From NCBI GenBank assembly GCA_028534125.1, contig CM052816.1:28274001-28338000 (forward strand): a stretch of 64,000 bases of DNA. Reading direction: 5' to 3'. Under the pieces are notes generated by a model that did no database searches, was not told the DNA's origin, and worked only from the letters and a program-made list of their open reading frames with translations. Shown in pieces: positions 1 through 15,100 of the stretch. Made by a program: the position numbers and the translations under genes. Each line of letters begins with the position of its first letter. The stretch's first letter is position 1. The stretch is from Lama glama. Its lineage: Eukaryota.

Positions 1-590
1 CAAGAAAAGATGCTCAAAATCATTAGTCATGAAGAAAAAGCAAATCAAAATCACAAAGAGATACCATTTCATACCAACAAGTTTGATTATAATAAAAAAA
101 TCAGAAAATGTCAAGTGTTGGCTGTGATGTGAAAAATCTAGAACCATCACATGCTGCTGGTGGGAATGGTGCATTTATTGTGGAAAATAGTTTGATGGTT
201 CTTTAAAAGTTAAACATACAGTTCGCCTATGATCCTGTAACTCTACTCCTACATACATATCCCAAATAATTGAAAACAGAGGCTGAAGGAGTTATTTCTA
301 TATCAGTGTTATTTCAGCATTATTCACTAAATAGATAAAGGATGAATGGGTAAATAAAATGTGGTATATCCACACAATGGAATATTATCCAGCTATAAAA
401 ACGAATGACTTCTGATACGCTACAATATGGATAAACCTTGAAAACCTAAGTGAAATAAACTAGAAAGAGAAAAATATTTTATAATTACACTGATATGAAA
501 TATAAAAAATTGGAAAATTCCAACAGAATGTAGAATAGGGGCTACCAGGGACTGAGTTGAGGAAGCACTGAGGAGTTATTGCCTAATGGT
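1..590 (+). mobile_element. Old L1 (L1MA/MB-type) ORF2 C-terminus and 3'UTR fragment
   Basis: Contains L1 3' motifs: 'aatcaaaatcacaaagagataccatttcatacc', 'aaaatgtggtatatccacacaatggaatattatccagc', 'ggataaaccttgaaaac'. Confidence 0.85.
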
Positions 591-1715
591 TTTTCATGAC
601 CCCAAACATAAATTCTGAATGACTACAGAATTACAGAATAGGCCATGTTTGTTTTCCCAAGGGACTTAATTTGTACCTCAGATACAGTTCGAGATTCCTT
701 AGCAAACCCTTACTAAGGATTTAGTGGAATTCTTTGCCACATCCTCCTTGTATACATTTTAGTCTCTGAGAGGTTTCAAGATCTCACAGAAGGAAAGAGT
801 TTTCATAAAAGCACTGAATGAAGTTCAAAGTGACCGTACAAAGCATCTAGTCCAGGTTTCTTTAAATTCAGTCATCTAAGATCCACCCTCACAGTGTTTC
901 CATGTCCATACACTATTTTTGCTCTTACTCACTTATTTACTTTCCAGTTGTTTAATTAGCCATTCATGTGAGCTGCCGTGACACAATTCTATTCATAAAG
1001 TCACAGGTTTGAATTGAAGCTTATATTTTTTTCTCAGTGGACATTAAAATACATTTATGGCTCAAAAAAGAAAAAAGAGAGAGTCCTTCTTGGCCCAGGT
1101 AAAACTTGTCTTATGCCCTGTGTGCTGTTACAGTAGATGATGAAGCTAAGTATAGTGACTGGAGAAGAAGACTTTCACTGAGGAATTTAATGATAAAGGA
1201 GAAAGAAATGCCAGTGATGAAACTACATGGAAATCTTATTATTTTTCAAGGGCAAAGTAATTATCTTTTTATTAAAGAGAAGAGGTGAAAACAGCTGTGC
1301 CTGCATTTGTTTGTTTTCTTTTTTTCCTCTACAAATGCTTTTTTTCCAACAAGAATAATGCTATTCATTAGATTATAGCAATGTTTAGTGCACTCAGAAG
1401 TCATTTTAATCAAGTAGAAAAAAAATGAAATTAAGTAATAAAGAAAGGAAGTGAGGAAACCAGGCCCAGAGTTAATGAAGGACAGAAAAAAGATCTTGCT
1501 TTGGGCCCTTCCTCCCTGAATCCATCAAAACTTTCCCTCTCATTTCCCTAGTCAATCTCTACAGGTACTAACAACTATCCTATACTTCCTGAGCTGTATT
1601 TTTTACTTTTCTCTTCTATAGTCTATAAGCTCTGGGGAGCACAGAAGAGGCCTTATTCCATGGACAGCCCTGTTACCTGGAACCATGTTAAGTACATGAG
1701 ACTTGCTTAATATTG

Positions 1716-1719
<4 letters not shown>

Positions 1720-1768
<49 letters not shown>
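1720..1768. repeat. (TA)n microsatellite
   Basis: About 24 uninterrupted TA units. Confidence 0.97.
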
Positions 1769-1771
<3 letters not shown>

Positions 1772-3139
1772 AGGTATCTAGAGAAAAATTATTTTAACAC
1801 TTATTATTAATAATACTTAATAAAATGGAGAGTATTCCTAAAAATCAAAGCCCCCATTATAAGAAGTGAATGAGTACATATTTAATAGGAGGAAAAACAA
1901 GAGACATTTCTGTAAATTTATGTAAGACACAGCATTAGTCTACATTTAAATGAAGTGAGACAAGTGTTAGCAGACTCTCCACTATGATAATTGGTGTTAC
2001 TGTTTTCTAGCCACCGGACTGACAGATTCTATAATTTGCATTTATACGAGGTTAGAAACAGGGAAAGAAGACCTTTCAAAATATCTAAAGTGAAGACAGT
2101 CTGAAAAACGGAAATGGAGAGATTAAACAAGGTTTAAAAAATAAACAGGATAGAAGTTAACTTGTAGGCAGTGAGATTTAAAAATCATCTAGGTATATGC
2201 AAACCACAGAAAAGAAAACCCCACATAATCAAATTTAGTAAACTTTATCCATTCTACTTTAACTTGGTTTTGAATAATAACGGATAATTTTTAGTGTCCT
2301 TTGTCTTGACCCTACCCCATTCCAAATTGTTCTTTCTGTTTCAATTTGCATTCTACTCATGGTCCAGTGTCCTCTGCTACAATCCAAAGGTCTGTAGAAG
2401 GATAAAAGCCAGTGATACTGCAGATAAGGTTAAGACAGTCATGGACATTGTGAAAGAGAATCCTCTTTGCTGAGCCTCAGGGCATCTACCACCACATGCA
2501 TGCTTTAAAGCTTCACCAAATGAAGCATCAGTAGGACCTGGATAGGTGACATGATTCGATATAGTGCATCAGACAACCACATGCTGACCTTGAGAAATAT
2601 GGTCCAAAATCAGACAAGAGCTGCTTCTCAGCACCAACCAAAGGACTGTCATGTAAAAAGAGAGAGCCAATGTCGTCAAAATTGTCATTTGTTATGGTTA
2701 AACCAAAAATCAGGCCTTTTATGTTAAATTTAATGATTATTAAGTCATCACGACTAAATATAATATTTAGGAGCACAATAAAGGCCAGGCATAACACATC
2801 TCTAGCTCCAATTTGTTCCTTCATCCTCCAGTTTGTAAATTGGGGTTTAATTGCACCTCAACAAAATTTAAATTTTATAGTTACTATTTTAATATAGCAA
2901 TGGTTCTAAAGTTTTGTGATTAGAGTACAAAATATTAATACATTGAAAAATATTAAAATGTTCAGGAGAAGAGTTATTTCTAAGAATTATATTACACTGG
3001 ATGATGTTACACTGCAAAACCCTTGCATACAGGGACTATTTACTTTCATGTTTTACATGGTACATTCTGACTCTCCACTTCACTTTCTCTCTTCCAAAAA
3101 ATTGATTATAATACACTTTAAATCATGGCATTAATCTCT

Positions 3140-5990
3140 TTCTCAATTCAATTATTTAGTACATTTTATCTTTTCCCCGCTCCCATTCCATACCATCCTA
3201 CAATAGTAAACTACGCTAATGTGTTTGGATGTATACTTCTCTTGCTATGTATTCTTACAAAGTAAATTGCTTTTGTTCCTTTAACTTAACAAGAACATAA
3301 CAATACTATGCTATAGAGCTAGTTATTTTTGCCTTCCTACTAGGCATGTCATTTGCAACATGTTTGATCATCTAGTCTATTGTCTAGTATATCTGTGTGG
3401 TACTCTATAGGGTGCACCCACCACATATACCTATCCATCCTGACGTTATGGATATCCAGAGAGTCTCCAGCTTGCTGACACCATAAACAACACAGCAATA
3501 AACAACCTGTGAATGTTCCCTTGTGCATTTATGCAAGAAAGTCTTTGGTTTGTACTGTTCAAGACTAGAAACGCTTGTTCGGAGAGGATACAAATATATC
3601 ATTTTACTAAGCATTGCTTAACTGCTTTCCAGGAGTCTTACAGCAATCTACAATTCCACCAGCAGACAAGAGGGTTCCTTTAGTCCAAATCCTGCTGAAT
3701 GTATTGCATTATCCAGTTTAATAATGTACCTAAAATTATATATCATTATAGTAATTTTCAATTCTCTGTTTACCAATGAACATAAGCATCTCTTTATAAG
3801 TTTACTGACCTTTTAGCCTTTCTCTGTAAATTCCCAGACCAATTATTCACAATCTTATATTAAGATATTTATCATTTTCTTATTGATTTGTAGCAATCTC
3901 TTGTACAGTAAAAAAAAAAAAGTAATATGCATATAAGTCATTTGGGAACTTTAGCAAAATAACATACAATTCACTAGATCTGGGGTGCTATCAAGAGTCT
4001 GCATTTTCCATAAGATCCCTGGTGATGATGGTGATGATGGTGGTGGCGATGCCCCCACAGCGTAAGTCTGTCAATCATATTTTAAGTCATAATGGTTAAG
4101 ATTTTATTTGACTATTTGTGAAACTGTATTGTTCCATTTATATTCTAGAGTAAATTTATCATGTTTCTCAAAGCATCCAACTGATGTTCGAATGAGATTT
4201 ATCAAATTAACTTAGAGAGAATTGATACCATAATGATATTCATTAAAGGCTGAGGATGTCCCTCAACATAGTCAAATCATTTTCTACATTCATTAACTTT
4301 GGAATTTTTCCATTGACTTGTGTATTTTCGGTTAAGCTAACCCCTAAGTACACTGTAGTTTTTGTGGAATTTCTAAAGGCTATTCTATTATTACTTATAG
4401 TTTGTAATAACTGACAGAGAGAGAAATGCTGTTAATTTTATTATGTGTATATTTTATCTGGCAACTTTGTTGTAAGTCGTTATTAGTCCATATAATTTAT
4501 TGTGCATTATTGTTGTTTTTAGGTACCTAATTATTTAATCTGTCCCAAATCACAATTTTGTCTTTTCTCTTTCAATTCTTACGCTTAATTATTTTTTCTC
4601 AGAGCATTGATCAAGATATCAAATACTATGCTATATAGTAGTTGTGTCAGTGAATAACCTAATCTTGACTTCATTTTAAAGGAAAAGTATTTAAATGTTT
4701 TCATTAAGTATAATGCTTACTGTAGATTTTCAAAATTCATTGTAGAGAATACATAAACGTATTTTATATGCTTTATATATATTCTTAGTAGTATCTATTT
4801 TTATAGGATTATACCTGTAAATACATGTGTATGAAATTATACAAACCTTCTTACATAATGTAAAAACAAGTACATATAATAAATGGTAGTTCCTAAGTAT
4901 CCTTTAATTTGTTAAGTTTCTCTCAAAACATTACTGAATTTTATCAAAAGTGTTTTCTGCAACTACTGATATCAAAAGACTTCTCTCCTTGAGATAATTA
5001 ATTAATGGAAAAATGTAAATTATATTCATAATTTTTGATGCAGAATCATTTTGCAATTTCTGTAATAAATACCATTTTATCATTATTATATAATATTCTA
5101 AATTTTATGTAGCTCTTGCATTATCTCCAATTATTAATGTACAACTCATAAGTAAGAAGTGCCATCACTTTTATTTTCCTCTTTATCTATGGTGACAAGA
5201 ATTACTCTAATCTCCTGAAATGAATTTGGAAAGCTTGCTTTTTCTCTTTTTCTTCACAGCTTGTGTTGACAGTTTTCTCTTGAAAATGGTAGAATTTCTA
5301 TGAAACTATTTGTACTTTGAATATTTATGACCAGGAGGTTTTGAATACTATTTTTATTATTTATCCATCTAATCATGTTTTCTTCTTTTTCCCCATTTTA
5401 AACAATTTGTAGCTTTCTAGGAATTTATTATTTCATTGAATTTTTAAAATTAAATCATACTCATTAATATTTCCTATGAAATGGCTTTGGCTTAGTAATA
5501 TTTTCTACTGTTCTTCATAATTTCCTTTTAATACAAATTGCTAAAAAATATGTCATTTGATTTCTAAACATACTGAATCTTTAATATAGATTTGGGTTAT
5601 TAATTCCTAATTACATTGAATCATAATTGGGAAATTTATTCTGTATGATCTTGATACTACGATTACTCAGGCTTTTTGGTGGCCTAATTCACAGTGTTTT
5701 GTAAATGTTCTAGTCTATTGAATAGTGATAGCTTTATAATCAGTAGCTCAAGATTCATTTGTTCTATTGCTTATATCTCAGACACCTCTATGATTTTCTA
5801 CTTAATTTATCAGAGAGGTGCATGTTAAAATGGCTAATTTGTATCACCTGTTTTCTGCAGTCTATCTGTTGTTTTGTAAGTATTGAGGCTCTGTATTAAC
5901 ATGCATACATATTCATGGCTGTTATATTATCTTTCTACATTGTTCCTTCTTAGTAGATGATAATTAACATCATTCATCACAGAAATTAAA
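3140..5990 (-). mobile_element. Ancient, highly decayed L1 (L1ME/MD-like) in antisense orientation
   Basis: T-rich strand with reverse L1 3' motifs such as 'aactgctttccagg...aatctacaattccaccagcag' and 'attttcttattgatttgtag'. Boundaries approximate. Confidence 0.7.
3940..4100. mobile_element. MER5-like hAT-Charlie MITE fragment inside the old L1
   Basis: 'tagatctggggtgc...agagtctgcattttccataagatccctggtgatg' resembles the MER5A core. Confidence 0.55.
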
Positions 5991-8479
5991 TCACTGCTTT
6001 GCAGACAATAAACCTTCAGAAATATTTTTAATTGCATTGGGCTAGAACTGAATTAGATAATGTAACTGGTTTTGAAGAATGAAAAACAGAGAAGTTGAGA
6101 AGTTGGAGGCTTACAAATGAATTAGAATTATCAATAGTAAGCCATTCAGCTCTTGAAATTTCTCTGAAATCGAATGTCCACAAGAGTTCCAAAAAGCCAA
6201 TTTATTGGGAGGTATAACCTAAGGTATTACTGACTCTGTGAAAACAAACCTAGAAATCAGATCTTCTAGTTCAGTTTGAAAGAGAAAGGGCAAGATAGAA
6301 AGTCAAGACCAAGGAATCAGAAAATCAGACATGGAGGGATCAAGAGAAGGAGAGAGATTGAAAGAGGTAAAAAGAGAGTGATACAGGGACAGAGAAAGAC
6401 AGAGAGACTAGCTCCATTCTTTGACCAATTATTACGTGCCAGGCACTGGATTTGTCCCTCACATATATTATTTTGTTGAAGTACACAAACATACTGCAGA
6501 GAACCATTTCTAGTAAGCAGGAAAAGAACCACTTCTAATAGACAACATACATCAGATTCTTTCCAATACAGCTTAGATATTTATGGTTTACGTCTTCACA
6601 GTCAATTTGATTCTGAGTGAGATGAGTTTTCATAATCCACAGGTAGGCCTAATATATCCAATGGAGCAGAAAGAAAAGAACAATTACTACTGGAGTGTAC
6701 ACATGTAGATATATCTAATATCTGAATGTTTCATCTGGCTAAAAAAATGAGTCCAAAAATAGTAAACACAGAAATATCCTCACCTGTAGATAAAATTCCC
6801 GTTAAATTATATGCCTAATAATTGAACTTTCCTCTTTAGGATCCAGAAGATCCTTCTCTTCCCCATTCCTACATGTTATTGAAATTGTTGGCACTAAAAT
6901 CACTGGATTCCACAGGTTGTAAAATGTAATGACTTGTCATTATAAAATGACATATATATGTTGAAACACTGTGTTTAACACATGTTTGTGTGTTTCTGAA
7001 AATCAAGGTATCTGTGGGAAATACAGTGTTTTGCAGTAAGTAGTCAATCAAATATGCAGTGTACCCATAGTAAAATGGTAAAGTTGCACAGATTAGATTC
7101 TTTCATATCTATTTCATTGCTTTTTTTCAGAATTTTCCTTTAAGTCACAGATCTCTCATAATTAAAAATACTATCAGCTTTTTGGGCTGAACTTTCTTTG
7201 GATTCATTCTCTCTGAGCCTAAAAACTCAATCTAGTCAAAGGCCTTTACCCAGTGTTACAGCCTGAAATGCTTCTGGCGTATTTTGGAGAGTAATGCTGT
7301 TTCCAGATTGCACTGATAAAAGCTTGTGTATTATGAAGGAAGGCAGCCCGCTGTAACTGTTCCATAGCTGGCATGGCTGGAGCTCGTCCCTTCTAAAGGA
7401 AGCTTTAAAGCCAAGTGAAATAATAACCTAGTTCTCCCTTGCATCTATCTGTTGCATATCCAAACTGTTTTTCTCTAGGACCTCTTAAAGCACATCACCT
7501 TTTATGAACTGAAATATCAAGAGAGAGATTTTCAGTCTCTATTTACCTGTAATTTGTTGAAGTATTTGACGTTATTTATCCAATTTCCTTCTACCCTGCT
7601 GAAGCTGAGTGTATGAGTGACTCTGGGTTCTGCCACTCAAGGTCTGGACTAAATACACAGTTATCACCTGAGAAGAGCTGAAATGTCAGCATCAATGTGA
7701 TGAGCAGAGAACAGACATCTGAAAGCAGACTTGAGTTTCAACTGCTGGGCAGGATCTAATTCAGAAGGACCAGAGAATCAAAGTAAGAAACCACAGAGCC
7801 AAGAGCTTAGCAATGTGGAAAATAAATGAAAGTAAAATAAGTTCAGAATTAGCTAATATTGGTTCTGTGTAACTTGCCCCCATACTGAATGGATTCCACA
7901 ACTCCCCTTGTGGAATTCCTAGGTGACTTCAGCTGACATAAACACTCTCTTGGCACATTTTTCAAAGCTTTTTTGTCTTTACCTGGAGGAAAAAATGAGA
8001 TTTGCGTAGAGCTTTTAGAGTTATCATGACTACCTTCCAGACCTTTCTCTTTCCAGAGATTGAGACTGGTGTTTGTGCACATGGGGCCCAATATGATCTC
8101 CACTGTGTATTCTGGTTCCTATTATGGGCTGTTGGTGATGAATTATGTGGTACAGAAACACAAAACCACTAGCATTCCAACAGAGATGCTAAGAACAGGA
8201 AGGATGATACAAGAGCTAGTAGAAGGAACTAATGATTTGATCTGGTTTCTATGATGGAACATCCACCATTTCTTCTGATGGAGCAGGTGTTGTCCTGGAT
8301 GGAATGTAGGATGTACGGAGGCTGGACCCTGTGAACTGTGGGGTTTATATTTCTCCACAGCACCCTGATGCTTTCAAATCCACTACAGCCTGAAAATCTA
8401 GGATCAAATATCAACCACAGAGAATTTCCAAATCACACATCCATTCTTTCTCCCCTTTTACACACACTTGATTTAGAGA

Positions 8480-9460
8480 TGAGGGTTTGGTAACTGGTGG
8501 ACCGCACTAACCCAAGCCTTGGGACCATTTATTCACAAGTTGACAATGGATCCCACTACTGATGGTATCTGGGGTCATAAGAAACCCATTACAGGTAGAA
8601 ACTTTATAAATCACTAAGATTTTCACCCATTTTACAAATTGAAGAGTACAGCGATTTCTGTGTATAGAATTAGAAATCTTGGTGGAAAATAAAAAAGGAT
8701 TAAGGTAGCCATTTTCCAATTCAGGGTATAATCCGAAAATCAAAGAGCTTCTCCTCCATCTTTTTGAGGAGACTGTCATCTCTTGAAGGGCACAATGTAC
8801 TGAAAGGCAGCACAAGATATTTTTATTATCAGGACAGAATTTCAAAGGAGACTAAATCCACAGTTTCAACAGGCCATTTGTCAAATTCAGATCCTCAATA
8901 GGAAGTAAGTAGAACTATAAATCTAAGGTGGGGATATTTGTTAGATGAACTGGAGAATCTTGAACCCTCAGATTCTCTGAATCTTAAGCATTAGTGGAAA
9001 TAGCCTTACTTCACCCAGCAATCAATAACATCTTGACTGAAAATTGTGCAATTACTTTAGATGAAGCAGATGCTTCTTATGAAAATATTTACTCTCTTCT
9101 CTTTCCGATTAAACTCAGGTAGTGTCATGTCTTAGTACATATGAAGTGGTAGTATAATATCCCTTCTCTAGTAAGAAATAACTGGCATGTCAAAAAAAAT
9201 TCAGTATTTGGCCTAGTTGTACTGGGAGGAACCAGAGGTATACATACATGAGTGGATCACAGAGAGCTGGGCTGGAACATGAAGTAGAATATCAAATTGG
9301 ACAAGGACAAATTTATTGTCATGAGCACACTCACCCATAAATTGATACTCAGTGTTCTGAAAACTCCTGTAACAAGTCCTAATTGTCTGTTGGTATGACT
9401 CTTGGAGTTGTATATAACAATGACCTACCAAAAGTAAGTGGAGATACAGGACCTCCTTGG
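8480..9460 (+). mobile_element. ERVL/MaLR internal region with decayed gag
   Basis: Translates as YWEEPEVYIHEWI from 9220 and, after a frameshift, NIKLDKDKFIVMSTL from 9288. This resembles the ERVL gag motif (YxQEPGEYVWEWI...NIKLDQAEFIDMG). Confidence 0.7.
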
Positions 9461-9579
9461 TACAGATGTGAGAAAGGAGGTTGGAGGAGTAGGAGATGGC
9501 AATGTAAGGCTAAACCACCATGTGAATTTGGAGGAGATAATCTCTCTGATTTGACTTTTCCACATTTGTAAAAGTGATA

Positions 9580-10745
9580 TAACAATGCTCGAGATTAGAC
9601 TATAAACCCCTTGACAGCAGGGACTATGTTTTAATTCACTATCATATCTCCTGCTCCATACAGGATATCATAAACATCAGTTGATTGAGAAAATGAAGGA
9701 ACAGGGTTACTGTGAGGATTCAATAGACAAAATGTACACATAGGAAAAAAATCTGGCACATAAAAGGAGTTCTCTACCTCAGAGGTCTTCCTTCTTCACC
9801 TTCTTTCTTTTAAATTGTCTCAAGATCTCTCTTCATTCTACTCCCTGCAAAGAGAATCCCATGCTCTGCCCTGTTTGGGACAATTATTATCTTCTGCCTT
9901 GTCTGTCAGGATGAACTTTTATCTATTAATCCCTGTTCCTCTGCCATTATCTATAGGGCTGTCTGCAAGGATAATCTTCCTCAGTCTCAGATCTGATCAT
10001 GCTAATGCTTGCTATCCATTTACTTTAGGACCAAGCCAAAATTCTTAACCCTGGAAATCAGTATCTTTTACTGATAAGAGTGAAAAGAGTATGGGCTAGG
10101 AGTCAGCACATATCTGGGGCATTACTGCTACTTAGTAAGCATTTGCTAAATGCAATCTGTCTAAAATTCATTCCTTTATCTGTACCAAGTGTATACTAAT
10201 ACACAACATAGAGATATCATAGTGAAGAATAAAAGGGATAAACTAGGAAGCACTTAGGAACAATGGGCATCAGATTAGCTTTAAATAATCACATATTCAT
10301 CTCTCTAGTTAAACCTGCTGTAACTTCCCCTTCAACTCAAGATGAGAGTTACTCAAAGTATTCCATTTGGAGAGACTGAATTGTTGATGAGACCATCTAA
10401 ACCAACCCATTTTCTGGACATTGTTCATGCTAACCCTTTCCTCTAGAATGTTCCAAATTTCTTCCTCACCCAGAAAATTCTTACATTGTAACTGAGATCA
10501 TCCCCCAGCTGACACATGAAAAAGCTGCATTTCTTTTTCCTAAGTCTATAAAATGTACTGCTTAATTTTGTTTAATACTGATTCCATTGTAAAATAACTT
10601 GCCACTGTTGCTCGTCATTAAACTATGTAAGCTTTGAAAGAAATACCCATTTAGTAATTTCTGTATCCCTCTTAAACCTAAGCAGATTCAGGCTCATGGG
10701 CTCATGTCTAGTAAATTTATGAATGTGATTGAGTAAATGAATAAA
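9580..10745 (+). mobile_element. Cluster of degraded L2 and MIR fragments
   Basis: L2-like 3' ends ('gacagcagggactatgtttt...gttgattgagaaaatgaa', 'gtaaatttatgaatgtgattgagtaaatgaataaa') and a MIR-like core at ~10080-10270. Confidence 0.5.
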
Positions 10746-11380
10746 AAAGTCCAAATTTCATCAATTTAGAAAAAGTTTTAAATGTTTAATGACAAAGATC
10801 TACCCAGTCGAAACATATGCATAAAATATCAAACATTCTTTATGAAATAATGAAAGGAAATTAACATCATGAAATGGGAGAACATCATGTCAGAAGTTAT
10901 GGTAAATAAACTGTTCCCTTTCCACATGTATCTAGACATTAATGAAGGTCTTCCCGAAAACCTCATGGAAATCTTAGCATTATATATAAAAGTAAAGTGT
11001 AAATGTTAAAAGTGAAGAAAATTATAGAAAATATGAAGCTTTAAAATGAAGCTTTTTTCCAAAATATTTACGTTCACCACTTTCTAAATAGAAAAAGTTA
11101 TATTCTCTTTGTTAGCTCATTGCCTCACATCCATATGTTCATGTTTTGGTTAACAGGTCCACTGTGAGAGGAGGTAAGAGTAGAAGTCGTTTAAGAAGTA
11201 GTTTAAGATTGAGAGTTACTGTCTGTACTGAGTCCCAGCCTGGAAGGAATAAAGACAAACAATTAGAATATTAGAAACAGAAAATATCAACTGCAGTGAT
11301 ATACATCATCATCCTCTCCAGTTTCGCTGCCACTTGCTCAGCAAGCTTTCTCAAAGTTTGACAGTCATGTAAAGAATTCT

Positions 11381-11430
<50 letters not shown>

Positions 11431-11478
11431 GAAGAAAGAGAGAGAGAGAGAGAGAAAGAAAGAAAGAAAGAAAGAAAG

Positions 11479-11537
<59 letters not shown>

Positions 11538-11582
11538 AGGAAGGAAAGGATGAAAGAAGGAAAGGAAGAAAGAAAAAGAAAG
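11381..11582. repeat. Compound (GAAA)n/(GA)n/(GGAA)n purine microsatellite
   Basis: About 200 bp of almost pure A/G on the plus strand. Confidence 0.97.
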
Positions 11583-12119
11583 ACAGGCAGACTTCATTTG
11601 GCAGTGAATAAATTCAGTGCTTGAATTATTACGAGGTCATCAACGCAAAGAAAGAAGATGGTTAAAAAAAAAGGCACTTGGGAGGTTCAGCTAAATGTGT
11701 GCTTATTGAAAGTTATATAAAGGATTCTGACACAGAGAAACTCAGTGGGCCTCTTCAGATCAATGCATTCCACATGTTAAGAAAAATTTAGTTCAAAGTA
11801 AAGGAAGCAGACTGCAAGCACTTGGAGCATTATCCATTTAGCGAAATATACAAATAGAGCCTTTTAGATTTTTGGATGGTTAACTCCTACAAATGTGAAC
11901 AGTTTGTAAAATAAACTGTAATTGGGCTTTGCACAGCAGCTCAAGGAAATAGACTGAATGAAATATTTTGAGTACTAATAATTAAGAACAATAGTATAAA
12001 AAGATTAAATATCCTAAAGTTGCTTTCCACAGTCACATAGAGGGAAAAAAATACATTTAGAAATTACACATTTTTCTATTTAATTCTTTTTAATTCTAGG
12101 AGTAATAATTGTATTGTAG

Positions 12120-15100
12120 GGGTTAACACTGTGGCCCCACAGGACTTTATATGTCTGCTTACATCAAAAGCTGCTGTCTATCTGGCTTCCAATTAGCCTG
12201 AAACTATGTGCCAAATGAGATTCCTTCCTGGAACACGAGCAGGTCTTGGCACATTCCAAACAACAGAGGCACAACAAGAATAAATCAAGTGGTACAGACA
12301 GACACAAAGATTTTAGAAACAAACAAGAACTAGGGCAGGGTTAAACAAGAAGGACCATCACCTATATAAGGCCACTCCTTCAAGACTGAGTGAGGCTGCA
12401 GTTCTAATACGTATAAACAAGCACAGAGAGCCAAACAAAATGAGGAAATAGAAAAACACGTTTCTAACACAAGAACAAGACTAAACCTTAGAAAAAGACC
12501 TTAATGATACTGAAATAAGTAATCTACCTAATAAAGAATTCAAAGTAAAGGTCATTAACATGCTCACCGAACTCAGAAGAATGGAGAACTTCAACAAAGA
12601 GAAAATATAAGAAAGAACAAGTCAGAGCTGAAGAATACAAAAACTAAAATAAAAAATACACTAGAGAGAATCAAAAGCAGATCAGATGATATAGGGTAGG
12701 AGAAATCACTAAATTAAAACAGAAAAAAAAAGAATTTTAAAAAGTGAACATAGTTTGAGACCTCAAGCATATTAATATTTTCATTACAGAGGTCCAGAAA
12801 GAGAAGAAAGAGAGAAAGGGGCAAAAAATTTATTTGAAGAAATAATGACTGAACACTCTGCACACCTGGGGAAGGAAACAGACATCCAGGTTCAGGAAGC
12901 ACAGAATCTCAAACAAGATGAAACAGATCCACACCAAGGCACATTTTAAATAAAATGTTAAGAGACAAAAATAAAGAAAATTTTAAGGCAACAAGAGAAA
13001 AATAACTGTTTATATATAAGGGACACCCCCCCCAGCAAATACATAATAAAGGTAGTAAATCAAACAGTTATAAAGCTAATAAGATGGTTAAAAGACAAAA
13101 GTAGTAAAATTCATTATAACTACAATAAGGTCTTAAGGGATACACAAAATATAAAGATGTAAAGTAAGACATAAAATATAAAACGTGGAGAGATTTGTAA
13201 AAATGCAGTGCTTTTAGAATGCATTCCAACTCTAGTAACTATCAACTTAAAACAGACTGATGAACAGAAAGATTTTTATAAATGAACACTGTGGTAACCA
13301 CAATCCAAAAACATGTAATATGCAAAATAAAGAAATCCAAACAGAACACTAACAAAATCATTGAAAGACAAAGGAAGAGACCACCACAAGAAGGAAGGAG
13401 CAGAGAGACTACATTAACAACCATAAAACAATGAATACAATGGCAGCAAGTACATATCTATTAATAATTACTTTAAACGTAATGGATTCAATGCTGTACT
13501 CAAAAGACATAAGATAACTGAATGGTTTAAAAAACAGACTCATTTATATGCTGGCTACAAGAGACTCATTTTAAATCTAAAGACACAAACAGGTTAAAAT
13601 GAATGGATGGAAAAAAATTTCCCCACAAATGGAAATAAAAAGCTGGAGTGGCAATACTTAGATAAAAATAGACTTTAAAACAAAGACCGTAATAAAAGAT
13701 AAAGAAGGGCATTACATAATGATACAGCAGTCAATCCTCAAAAAGAATATAACATTTGTAAATATTTATGCACCTAACATAGGGGCACATAAATATATAA
13801 TGCAAATATGAACAGATATAAAATGAGAAAAAGACAGTAAAATAATGTTAATAGAAGATTTTAATACCCTACTTACCTCAATGGATGTATCATTCAGACA
13901 GAAAACCAGTGAGAAAACAGTGGCCTTAAATATCACATAAGATCACATGTACTTAATACATATACTGCAGAATATGCATTCTTTTCAAGAGCACATGAAC
14001 ATTCTTCAGTGCAGGTCACATGTTATGCCACAATCATGTCTCAAAAAATTTAGTAACACTGAAATCACTAATCACAATGACATGAAATTAGAATTACAAG
14101 AAGAAAACCAGAATAAAACACAGACAAATGGAGACTAAATGACATGCTATTAAAGAATCAATGTGTCAACAATCAAAGAGGAAATTTTAAAAAATACACC
14201 TTCACACAATGAAAATGGAAACACAACTTTCCAAAATCTATGAAATGCAGCAAAAACACTTCAAAGACAGAAGTTCATAGTGACACAGGCCTACCTCAAA
14301 AAGGAAGAAAAAAATCAATTACACATTTTTAAATTTACACCTCAATGAACTAGAAAAAGAATAAATAGAACTCAAAGTTTTAGAAGGAAAGAAAAAATAA
14401 CGATCAGAACAGACATAAGTGAAACAGAGAGAAAACAGATCAATGAAACTAAGAGATAAATCTTTAGGGAGACTCATTAAAAAAAAAAAAAGAAAAAAGA
14501 GGGAGAGCACTCAAATACATAAAAGTTAGAATAAAACAAGAGAAATTACAAATGATACCACAGAAATACAATGGATAGTAAAAGACTATTATAAACAATT
14601 ATACAGAAACAAAGACATCCTAGAGAAATAAATTCCTAGAAATCTATAATCTACCAAGACAGAATCATGAAGAAATAGAAAATATGAACATATGGACTAC
14701 TAGTGAGAGGACTGAATCAGCAAAGACCTCTCAACAAACAAAAGGCCATGACCAGAGAGCTTTACTGGTGAAGTCTCAACAAACGTTTAGAGAAGAATTA
14801 ATACCAATCTTTCTCAAATTTTTCCAAAAAACAGAACGGAACATTTCTAAAGTCATGTTACAAAACCAGCATTCCTGATAGCAAAACAAAGACACAACAA
14901 GAAGAGAAAATTACAAGCTAATATCCTTGATGAAATAAATGTAAAAATCCTCAACAAAAAATTAGCAAACTGGTTACAATATATTAAAAAGAATCATACA
15001 TTTTGATTAAGTAAGAATTATTCCTGTGATGCAAACATGGTTCAATATCCACAGATCAATGTGATACAACCCAGTAACAGAATAAAGATAAAAAAATATA

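Noticed and set aside
2400..2830. 98-aa minus ORF or possible exon in non-repetitive sequence
   Set aside because: No recognisable protein motif or clear splice-site pair. It may be conserved non-coding DNA, but that cannot be shown from this sequence alone.
11379..11597. Phe/Leu/Ser-rich 72-aa ORF
   Set aside because: It is the translation of the (GAAA)n microsatellite.
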